Of a stretch of DNA of 16,971 nt, positions 1 through 7,561 are shown piece by piece. Every line of letters starts with the position of its first letter. Within the stretch, counting starts at the first letter, position 1. This DNA is from Pseudomonadota bacterium (GTDB taxonomy: Bacteria; Bdellovibrionota_B; Oligoflexia; Oligoflexales; CAIYRB01), in contig JANOTL010000057.1 in NCBI GenBank assembly GCA_031416315.1, positions 1 through 16,971 of the forward strand. The letters run 5' to 3'. The position numbers and the translations under genes are program-made. Below the pieces are notes generated by a model, which did no database searches, was not told the DNA's origin, and worked only from the letters and a program-made list of their open reading frames with translations.

Positions 1-84
1 GGCGGTATTCTAAAGAGGCTCCGGCCGGCCGATCTGCGCTTCCGCCCCTCCGCGCCTCAGCGATAAAAAACAGACCAATAAACC

Positions 85-1488
85 TCAGAACTCGATCGAC
101 CCCGGCGCCCGCGGACAAACGATCACGTCCCGAATGTTCCCCATCCCGGTCAAATACTGCACCAGCCGCTCAAAACCCAATCCAAAGCCAGCATGCGGCG
201 CCGACCCATATCGCCGCAAATCCAGAAACCACTGCATGTCCTGAACGGGAATCTTCATCTCGTTCATCCGACCTTCGAGCATGTCGAGGCGCTCTTCCCG
301 CTGCGATCCCCCGATGATCTCGCCGATCCGCGGCGCCAAGACGTCCATCGCGGCGACGGTCTTTCCGTCATCATTCTGCCGCATGTAAAACGCTTTGATC
401 TGTTTCGGGTAGTCCGTCACGATCACCGGCCCCTTGAACACGACGTCCGTTAGAAAACGTTCGTGCTCGCTCTGCAGATCCGTCCCCCAATCCACCGGGA
501 ACTCGAACTTCTGGCCCGATTTCTTCAAGGTGTCGACGGCCTCGGTATACGTGATGCGCGCGAACTTCGTCTCGGCCAGCGTCGCGATCTCCTGCGCCGT
601 AATCGTCTTGTACTGCTTCTCGAGGAACTCCAGCTCCTTCGGGCAGCGCTCGACGACGGCCCGGCACATGGCGCGCAGGAAATCCTCGGCGAGCTCGGCG
701 TCCTTGTTCAAATCGGCGAAGGCCATCTCCGGCTCGATCATCCAGAACTCGGCCAAGTGGCGCGCCGTGTTGGAGTTCTCGGCGCGGAACGTGGGCCCGA
801 ACGTGTAGATGTCGCCTAAGGCCATCGCCAGGAACTCGCCCTCCAGCTGCCCAGAGACGGTGAGGTGCGCGGCCTTGCCGAAGAAGTCCTTCGACCAGTC
901 GATCTGGCCCTGCGGATCTCTCGGGATCTTGTCGAGCGGCAAGGTCGTGACGCGGAACATCTCGCCGGCGCCCTCGCAGTCGGAGGCCGTGATGATCGGC
1001 GTGTGCATCCAGTAGAAGCCGCGCGCGCGAAAGAATTCGTGGACGGCCTGCGACAGCTCGCTGCGCACGCGGAAAACGGCGCCGAAGGTGTTGGAGCGCG
1101 GGCGCAGGTGGCCGATCTCGCGCATGAACTCGAGCGAGTGACCCTTCTTCTGCAAGGGGTAGGTCTCGGGGTCGGCTGTGCCGAAGAGCTCGACCTTGGT
1201 GGCCTGCATCTCCACCGTCTGGCCTTTCCCCTGCGACGCTTTGACGACGCCGGTCACGCGCACGGCGGAGCCCGTGTGGCACTGCCCGAGAAGCGCGTAG
1301 CCCTCGGCGCCGGCGTCGACGACGCACTGCAGGTTGTCCTGCGTCGAGCCGTCGTTCAGGACGAGAAAGGCGAAGGCCTTCGACTCGCGCTTGGAGCGCA
1401 CCCACCCGCAGACGTTGAGCGTGGCGCCCACTTCGCCCTTGGTGAGGACGTGGTCGATGCGGACGCGGGACGAGAAGGAAACGGACAC
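85..1488 (-). CDS. asnS: Asparagine--tRNA ligase (class IIb aminoacyl-tRNA synthetase), ~467 aa
   Basis: OB-fold N-terminus (GWVRSKR, FLVLNDGS) and AsnRS motifs TVSGQLEGE, FRAENSNTARHLAEFWMIEPE, GGSQREER, DLRRYGSAPHAGFGLGFERLV. Start moved from the track's 1599 to GTG at 1488, 6 nt after a GAGGAG Shine-Dalgarno (1500-1495). Confidence 0.97.
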   Translation of the reverse strand: MSVSFSSRVRIDHVLTKGEVGATLNVCGWVRSKRESKAFAFLVLNDGSTQDNLQCVVDAGAEGYALLGQCHTGSAVRVTGVVKASQGKGQTVEMQATKVELFGTADPETYPLQKKGHSLEFMREIGHLRPRSNTFGAVFRVRSELSQAVHEFFRARGFYWMHTPIITASDCEGAGEMFRVTTLPLDKIPRDPQGQIDWSKDFFGKAAHLTVSGQLEGEFLAMALGDIYTFGPTFRAENSNTARHLAEFWMIEPEMAFADLNKDAELAEDFLRAMCRAVVERCPKELEFLEKQYKTITAQEIATLAETKFARITYTEAVDTLKKSGQKFEFPVDWGTDLQSEHERFLTDVVFKGPVIVTDYPKQIKAFYMRQNDDGKTVAAMDVLAPRIGEIIGGSQREERLDMLEGRMNEMKIPVQDMQWFLDLRRYGSAPHAGFGLGFERLVQYLTGMGNIRDVIVCPRAPGSIEF

Positions 1489-1498
1489 GGAAGACTCC

Positions 1499-2710
1499 TC
1501 AAACCTCTTGGGCCAGCTGCCGGGCCTCGCGCTCCCTGAGCTCGCGCCAGAGCGCCATCGGCAGGAATTTGCGGCCCGGGCCGGCGCTCTTGCCGGCATT
1601 GTGGACTTCGTAATAGATCGCGAGCGTGTTGCGGACGACGCGGTGCCAGTTGAACTTCTTCACTTGCTCGCGGCCGCGCTTGACCAAGCCGGCGGCGATC
1701 TTCGGGTCGCTCAACACGCGGTGCATGGTCTCGGCGAGCTGGGTGACGTCGTAGGGGCTCACCATGAGGGCGGCGTCGCCGACGACCTCGGGGATGGAGG
1801 AGGTGAGGGTGGTGACGACCGGGACGCCGCTCGCCATCGCTTCCAACGGCGGGATGCCGAAGCCCTCGTAGAGGGAGGGGTAAACGAAGAGCCGCGCGCT
1901 GCGATAGTACTCGCGCAGGAGGCTGTCGGTGACGAAGCCCTTGAAGAGCACGTCGCCGGTGAAGCGCTTCGCCTTGAGGCGCACCTCGGCGAAGAGCGGC
2001 GACTCGCCGCCGATCAGGACGAGCTTCGTCTTCAGCTCGGGGTTCTTCGTGCGCATGAGCTCGTACGCCTCGAGGAGCGTGCCGATGTTCTTGCGCGGCT
2101 CTAGCGAGCCCACGTAGAGGATGTAGTCGTCGAGCTTGGGGTCGAGCTGCGTCGGCGCCTTGGGGTCGTGCTTCTGCGTGAAGAGCTCGTCGACGGCCCA
2201 GTAGAACTGGCTCACCTTCTCCGCCGCCAGGTCGCAGAACTGCAGGAGGTCGTTCCGCGAGTTGTTGCTGTTGGTGATGATCTTGTCGGCGCGCTGCGCG
2301 ATCCGGGGGATGACCAGGTTGTAGAGCGTGCGGAAGGAGAAGCTGAACCACTTGGGATTCACGATCACCGTCAGGTCGTGGATGTGGACGATGGATTTGC
2401 CGCGGTAGAAGAGCGGCGCCAGGTTCGCCGGCGAATGCAGGATGTCGACCTGGTGGCGGCGCGCGAGCCGCGGCAGCGTGAATTGCTCCCAGAAGTGGTT
2501 GCGGAACGACTCGCCCTCGCGGATGCGCGACGGGACGACGGTGACGTTCGGGTACTTCCAATCGGGGTTCGAGACTTGGTCGGCCGGCGTGAAGAGGACG
2601 TACTCGTTGGCGCGGTCGGTTGCGACCAGGGCGCGGATCAGGTTATAGGCGGCGCGCTGGACGCCGGTCCTTTTCGCGGCGAGAAAGCGGCTGTTGATGC
2701 CGATCCTCAT
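1499..2710 (-). CDS. GT4 (GT-B fold) glycosyltransferase, MtfB/mannosyltransferase-like, ~403 aa
   Basis: MRIGINSRF...TGVQR N-terminus, [36 protein letters not shown] (E-x7-E motif). Start ATG at 2710 overlaps the upstream stop (ATGA); the track's extension to 2881 lies inside the upstream gene. Confidence 0.93.
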   Translation of the reverse strand: MRIGINSRFLAAKRTGVQRAAYNLIRALVATDRANEYVLFTPADQVSNPDWKYPNVTVVPSRIREGESFRNHFWEQFTLPRLARRHQVDILHSPANLAPLFYRGKSIVHIHDLTVIVNPKWFSFSFRTLYNLVIPRIAQRADKIITNSNNSRNDLLQFCDLAAEKVSQFYWAVDELFTQKHDPKAPTQLDPKLDDYILYVGSLEPRKNIGTLLEAYELMRTKNPELKTKLVLIGGESPLFAEVRLKAKRFTGDVLFKGFVTDSLLREYYRSARLFVYPSLYEGFGIPPLEAMASGVPVVTTLTSSIPEVVGDAALMVSPYDVTQLAETMHRVLSDPKIAAGLVKRGREQVKKFNWHRVVRNTLAIYYEVHNAGKSAGPGRKFLPMALWRELREREARQLAQEV

Positions 2711-3867
2711 GGCACGGCTCCGGCTTTGACGGAATCCGGCGCGGTCGTGACCTGGGCGCCGCCGAGCTCGCACTTTCGGTAGATGCGCAGCGTCTGCTCC
2801 GTCATGGACTGCCACGAGAAGCGGCGCGCGTGGCGCACGCCGTTCTGTTTCAGGCGCTCGCGCAGGGCCTCGTCCGTGCACCCGAGCTCGAGCGCGCGGG
2901 CGATGTCCTGGTAGTCGAACGGGTTGGCGAAAATGGCCGCGTCGCCGACGACCTCCGGCAAAGCGGAGCTGCGCGCGACGATGACGGGCGCCCCGCAGCT
3001 CATCGCCTCCAAGGGCGGCAGGCCGAAGCCCTCGTAGGTCGACGGGTACACGAAAAGGTGCGTCTGCGAGTAGATCGAGGGCAGGTGCTCCTCGTCGATA
3101 AACTTCGAGAAATAGATCGAGTGCTTCTTGCCGAAGCTCTCGGCGATGCGGATCAGGTTCCGGTCGACGGGGGACGCGAGGACGAGCGGGATGTCGACGT
3201 TGGAGTAGCAGTAGGCGCGCACGAGTTGATGCACGTTCTTGTGCGGCTTGTTGTTCGACAGGCAGAAGATGAATTTTTCCGGCAATTCATAGAGGTCGCG
3301 GACGTAGGCGAGCTGCTCTTGATCGGTGATCGGCCGGTAATTGTCGGAGACGCCGTTATAGGTGACGAAGACTTTTTCAGGCGAGATGTCGAGGTTCTGG
3401 ACGATCTCGTTCTTGGAGAAGTGCGAGACGGTGAGGATGTATTCGGACTTCCTGATGCAGCTGCGCACGAAGACTTGGTAATAAAACTGGTGAAACGGCG
3501 TGTAAAACTGCGGCAAGACCATGTGGTTCAAGTCGTGAATGGTCATGACCATCCGGCACGGGCTGGCGAGCGGCGCCATGAAGCTCGGCGCGTGAAAGAG
3601 GTCGGCCTTCAGCCGGCGGAGGACGCGCGGGAGCTCCCACTGTTGCTTCAGGCTGATCCAGCTGCCGTTCACCTTGACGAGCTGCATGTGCTTCGGCCAG
3701 GCCATCGCCTCGAGCGGACTGTTCGGATTCACGAGGATGAAGAACTCGTCCGCCGTCGCGCCGGGGCCCGTCATCGCCATGAGGCAGCGCAGGAGCTCGT
3801 ACACGTAGCGCGCGATCCCGTGCATGCTGCCGGGGCTGATCATCCTGGCGTCGATCACGATGCGCAC
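2707..3867 (-). CDS. GT4 (GT-B fold) glycosyltransferase, MtfB/mannosyltransferase-like, 386 aa
   Basis: MRIVIDAR...HGIARY, TIHDL, TVSHFSK, NKPHKN, FVYPSTYEGFGLPPLEAMSCG. GTG start preceded by AGGA. Confidence 0.93.
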   Translation of the reverse strand: MRIVIDARMISPGSMHGIARYVYELLRCLMAMTGPGATADEFFILVNPNSPLEAMAWPKHMQLVKVNGSWISLKQQWELPRVLRRLKADLFHAPSFMAPLASPCRMVMTIHDLNHMVLPQFYTPFHQFYYQVFVRSCIRKSEYILTVSHFSKNEIVQNLDISPEKVFVTYNGVSDNYRPITDQEQLAYVRDLYELPEKFIFCLSNNKPHKNVHQLVRAYCYSNVDIPLVLASPVDRNLIRIAESFGKKHSIYFSKFIDEEHLPSIYSQTHLFVYPSTYEGFGLPPLEAMSCGAPVIVARSSALPEVVGDAAIFANPFDYQDIARALELGCTDEALRERLKQNGVRHARRFSWQSMTEQTLRIYRKCELGGAQVTTAPDSVKAGAVP

Positions 3868-4035
3868 GGGGGTCCTGCTGGGGGCTCGGGTGAAGCCCTG
3901 AGTATCCGCGCTGCCCCGGGGTGGAGCAAGCGTGGTTTCTAGAGACAGGGCCCGCGCATCCGCCCGCTAAGGGTCCGACACGAAGCTCCAATGCGCTCCG
4001 CAAATCCTCGTTAACATATATAAATTCCGAAAAGC

Positions 4036-4062
4036 TAAAGCGGTCCGCGCCCGGACCGAATT
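4036..4062 (+). promoter_or_regulatory. Putative sigma-28 (FliA)-type promoter for the VWA lipoprotein gene
   Basis: TAAA (4036-4039), 15 nt, ACCGAATT (4055-4062), compared with the consensus TAAA-N15-GCCGATAA; ends 45 nt upstream of ATG 4108. Confidence 0.5.
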
Positions 4063-4107
4063 TGCTCCTCAGACGGCCGGTCGGGCCGGGACTTAGAGGG
4101 GGAATTC

Positions 4108-5790
4108 ATGAAGATCAAGGGGATGCCCATCGCTTTGGCGATGGCGCTGAGTGCGGTTGGTTGTGGCGAGCAGGCACCGGCTTTCAAAGAAACGACCCAG
4201 TACAAGCGCTTTGGCAGCGACGACGCCGTCGCCCGCAAAGATGGGCGCCTCGAGCCCCTCCCGGGCGAGGCAGATGGCGTCCTGGGCAAGCCCGGCTCGG
4301 TCGGAGCCAAGGGAAATCCTGACGGCATCGCCGACGCGGGCGGTGCGGACGGTGCTATCGGCGTCGGCGCGGACGGCGGCAACGACGCTGGCGGGAACAC
4401 GGGCGACTTAGCCCAGGGCGGCGCGGACGGCGGTGGCGCTGGCGGCGCAGAAGGCGGCGGCGCGGCTGGCGGCAACTCCGCGGGCGGCGCGGGCGCGGAC
4501 GGTGGCAACACCGCGGGCGGCGCGGACGGCGACCTCGGCGCGTTCCCGGACGGCGGCGGGGATGCCGGGGGCGCAGATAGCGGCGCCGACGGCGGCGTGA
4601 CGATCCCCACTGGTAGTGGAACGGGGATCGGCGACGCGGGCGGAACGGATGCGACGGGCGGCACGGACGGAACTGGCGGCACCGACGGCACGAGCGGTAC
4701 GGATGCCGGCGGCACGGACGGCACCGGCGTCGACGGCACGGACGGCGGCGTGACCGACGGCGGCGCGGACGGAGCGGACGCAGGCGGCACGGACGGCGGC
4801 GGCGCCACCATGCGCACGGTTGATGTCGTGCAGCAAGGCCCCGGCAAGGTCGACATCCTCTGGGTGGTCGACGTCTCCGGCTCCATGGCGGAAGAGCAGA
4901 ATTACCTCAGCCAGAATTTCGGCTCTATGATCAACCAACTGGCCCAGAGCGGCCACAACTTCCAAACGGCGATCACCACGACCGACGTTTGCCAGGACAC
5001 GATGCCCGGTCCGCTCGTCGACCGCCGCTGCCCGGTCGAGTACGGCGGCTCGGCTGCGACGCACCTGCGCGGCTCTTTCGTCGGCACCGCCGGCCGCAAA
5101 GTCCTGAAGCAAGGCGAAGCGGACCTCGTGTCCAAGTTCCAGAGCTACGTGATGCAAGGGACGGACGGCTCGGGCTTCGAGCACGGCCTCTACGGCGCGA
5201 AGATGGCGATCGACAAGGTGATCGCGGGTGAGAACGAAGCGCTGATCCGCAGCGACGCCTTCCTCTCCGTAATCGTCGTCTCCGACGAGCAGGACGACGG
5301 CATCGGCATGTCGGAGACCGACGCTTACAACGGCCACAACTTCTACGCCGAAGGTCATACGCTCTTCCGTTGGACGGAAGACAACATGATCGACTACCTG
5401 AAGACGGCGAAGGGCGAAGGCAAGTTCTCGATCTCCACCATCACGCCGGTGAGGCTCGCGAACGGTCAGCTCTGCTCGGCGCCGCATACGACGCCGGCAG
5501 AAGAAGGCACCCAGTACATCAAGGCGGCGCAGAAGTCGGGCGGCATCGTCGAAAGCCTCTGCTCCACCAACTGGAGCGCGTCCCTCGGCAACATCGGCCT
5601 CGACCTGAACGCGCAAACTACGCAGGTGGTCCTGCCCTCCGCGCCGGTCGTCGCGTCGATCCAGGTGAAGGTGAACGGCGCTGTCACGACCGAGTGGACC
5701 TACAACGCGGGCAACAACGCGGTGAAGTTCAACGCGGGCCACGTGCCGGCCGAAGGCGCGCAGATTCAAGTGACTTACTCCGAAATGTGA
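4108..5790 (+). CDS. Lipoprotein with Gly/Asp/Thr-rich stalk and C-terminal VWA (MIDAS) domain, CglB-like adhesin architecture, 560 aa
   Basis: Signal peptide with lipobox LSAVG-C; purine-rich RBS AGAGGGGG; DILWVVDVSGSMAEEQ (DxSxS), AITTTD, GSGFEHG, VIVVSDEQD; small C-terminal beta-rich domain (IQVKVNG...WTYNAGNNAVKF...QIQVTY). Confidence 0.85.
   Translation: MKIKGMPIALAMALSAVGCGEQAPAFKETTQYKRFGSDDAVARKDGRLEPLPGEADGVLGKPGSVGAKGNPDGIADAGGADGAIGVGADGGNDAGGNTGDLAQGGADGGGAGGAEGGGAAGGNSAGGAGADGGNTAGGADGDLGAFPDGGGDAGGADSGADGGVTIPTGSGTGIGDAGGTDATGGTDGTGGTDGTSGTDAGGTDGTGVDGTDGGVTDGGADGADAGGTDGGGATMRTVDVVQQGPGKVDILWVVDVSGSMAEEQNYLSQNFGSMINQLAQSGHNFQTAITTTDVCQDTMPGPLVDRRCPVEYGGSAATHLRGSFVGTAGRKVLKQGEADLVSKFQSYVMQGTDGSGFEHGLYGAKMAIDKVIAGENEALIRSDAFLSVIVVSDEQDDGIGMSETDAYNGHNFYAEGHTLFRWTEDNMIDYLKTAKGEGKFSISTITPVRLANGQLCSAPHTTPAEEGTQYIKAAQKSGGIVESLCSTNWSASLGNIGLDLNAQTTQVVLPSAPVVASIQVKVNGAVTTEWTYNAGNNAVKFNAGHVPAEGAQIQVTYSEM
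4321..4806 (+). repeat. Intragenic low-complexity repeat encoding GG(A/T)DG units, with an imperfect 18-bp tandem core
   Basis: Core 4639-4725: ggcggaacggatgcgacg / ggcggcacggacggaact / ggcggcaccgacggcacg / agcggtacggatgcc / ggcggcacggacggcacc = GGTDAT GGTDGT GGTDGT SGTDA GGTDGT. Confidence 0.85.
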
Positions 5791-5818
5791 AGAACTAGGG
5801 AACGCGCCCCTCGAGTCC

Positions 5819-5846
5819 GGGCCGGAGCTCACATGAGCTCCGGCCC
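5819..5846 (+). terminator. GC-rich stem-loop downstream of the VWA gene (possible terminator or transcript-stabilising hairpin)
   Basis: GGGCCGGAGCTC-ACAT-GAGCTCCGGCCC: perfect 12-bp stem 28 nt after the stop codon. No U-tract follows, so it is not a canonical intrinsic terminator. Confidence 0.55.
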
Positions 5847-5966
5847 TCTCACGTCGACGACACACGAGACACACTGGACACGATACGTGTCGCTCTCAGG
5901 GCAACGGTGGTTCCCAGTGCCCGCCTCCTCCCTTAAAAATGGAAAGAGGAGGATCCCCTCAAACCC

Positions 5967-7481
5967 ATGCCAGTCGCCTTCACCATCGTATGTGTCTGGG
6001 CCTTGCCGCCGCTCGTCCTGGCGCTCCTCGCGACGCCCGGGCTGGCCGTGATGCTCAGCCGATGCCGGAGCGACGCGGACTTGGCCGAGGCGCCCGCGAC
6101 GCGGCTCTTCGCGGCGCTCCTCGTCGGCGTCTTCGCGGCGTTGGCCGCGTGGACTCTAGGTACGGTGAGTCCTTTGGCCGGCCGTGTCGCGGGGCTCGCG
6201 TGGCTCGCGGCGACGCCGGTCCTCTGCCTCGCGTCCAAAAAGCGCATGAAGCGCATCGTGCGCTTCTTCTGGGTGAACGCCGATGCGCAGGCGCCGATGG
6301 CGATGACCGCGGCGTTGGCCACCTTCTCTTTAGGAACCGCCCTGTCTTCGGGCTTGGGCGCCCAAGGGATCGCGCCTTCGGCCTTCGTCGACGCCAATCC
6401 GGTGGCGGCTGCGGTGTCGTCCCTCTTCATGCCGTTCTCGGAGCTTGCGGTTCACGCGGCGGGCGCGAGCCTGCAATCGGCGTGGGTCTTGGCGGCGTGG
6501 ATGACCTTGCGCCTTTGGCGCGTCGACGGACGGCTCGCGGCGACCGCGATCGCCTTGACCTGCGCCTCGTCCTTCGCCTTCGCACCGCCGGGCGTCTTCG
6601 CGTGGACCAAGCCTCTGGCGGGCGCGGCGTTCGTCGCGGGCGCGAGCGTCTTATTCTGGGCGCCGCGCGAGGCGCGGCAACGCTGGCTCGCGGGCGCGGG
6701 GTTCTTGCTCGCGATGCTCGCGGATCCGGCGACGATCTATCCTTTGCTCGCGGTGACCGTGGCCGTGCCGTTCTTCCGGCGTCGTGTACGGCCGATCCCT
6801 GCGCTTTGGGCGATCGCGCCTTCATTGCTCGTCGCCATCCCGCGGCTTTTGGCGTGGACCGCGACGGCGGTCGAGTCGACGCCGGCGCAATGGCTGGCGC
6901 ATGGGACGGCGAATCTCGCCTATTTGTTCGAGAGCTTCGATCCGCTGCACGGGCTGTTCAGCGGCTCCTTGGCGGAGGCGCGCGCGGCAGAGGTCCTGCA
7001 TCTCGCGAACGCGTTCGGGCTTGGCGGGGCGTTCGCTTTGACCTGGCCGCGGGCGCGTCGAGCATTGCCCGCGCGGCTCGCGACGGCGAGCGGCGATGCG
7101 CTGGTCGTCGCCGGCCTCGCGATCGTATTCTACTGCGCCTTTTCGCCGATCAGCCGCACGGCGGTGGCGGCCGCCGGGCCGTTCGGCGCGTACTTCATCT
7201 TCTTCCTCGGCGTATCGGCGCTGATCGCGCGCTTGCCGCCAGCGGCTTGGGCGCTCGTGGTGGGCGTGCATGTCGCCGGGTTTCTGTCCTTGCACGTGTT
7301 CGCGGCCGGGGCGCCGCGGGGCGTGGACGGATGGATGCTGGCGTTTTGCACGTGGCCGGCCGCGGCGGCGATTTTACTGGCGCCGTGGGCGGCGGTGCCG
7401 GACGAGCGATCTTTGCGAGTCGTGGCGCCGGTGCCGGGGGCGACTTTTTCGTACAAGACGGCTGGGAAGACGTCGTCGTGA
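5967..7481 (+). CDS. Polytopic inner-membrane protein, probable divergent GT-C-like paralogue of the 13484..15283 gene, 504 aa
   Basis: Many hydrophobic segments; FAWTKPLAG...LAMLADP matches FTWAKQSSA...LAYLAHP of the 599-aa protein; GAGGAGG at 5946-5952. The CDS is likely; the function is uncertain. Confidence 0.65.
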   Translation: MPVAFTIVCVWALPPLVLALLATPGLAVMLSRCRSDADLAEAPATRLFAALLVGVFAALAAWTLGTVSPLAGRVAGLAWLAATPVLCLASKKRMKRIVRFFWVNADAQAPMAMTAALATFSLGTALSSGLGAQGIAPSAFVDANPVAAAVSSLFMPFSELAVHAAGASLQSAWVLAAWMTLRLWRVDGRLAATAIALTCASSFAFAPPGVFAWTKPLAGAAFVAGASVLFWAPREARQRWLAGAGFLLAMLADPATIYPLLAVTVAVPFFRRRVRPIPALWAIAPSLLVAIPRLLAWTATAVESTPAQWLAHGTANLAYLFESFDPLHGLFSGSLAEARAAEVLHLANAFGLGGAFALTWPRARRALPARLATASGDALVVAGLAIVFYCAFSPISRTAVAAAGPFGAYFIFFLGVSALIARLPPAAWALVVGVHVAGFLSLHVFAAGAPRGVDGWMLAFCTWPAAAAILLAPWAAVPDERSLRVVAPVPGATFSYKTAGKTSS

Positions 7482-7561
7482 CGGATTTCGGGTGTGGAGT
7501 TCACGTGGGACTTAGCCCGTGCTCGACCATAAGCCGATGGGACGCGCAGCGGCCTAATTTC

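Noticed and set aside
1489..1599. N-terminal extension of the AsnRS ORF
   Set aside because: Lies mostly inside the GT4 3' end; a well-spaced GAGGAG + GTG at 1488 gives a normal-length AsnRS.
371..2561. Long alternative-frame and antisense ORFs over asnS and the GT4 genes (371..1405, 865..1539, 1334..2104, 1356..2561)
   Set aside because: Arg/Pro/Ala-rich or antisense shadow frames typical of high-GC codon bias; they overlap genes with clear family motifs.
4639..4725. Tandem repeats considered as a CRISPR array
   Set aside because: Units are in-frame, adjacent and degenerate at third codon positions, with no unique spacers and no cas genes.
4035..4886. Pro/Ser-rich 283-aa minus-strand ORF
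   Set aside because: Simply the antisense reading of the Gly-rich repeat codons of the VWA gene.
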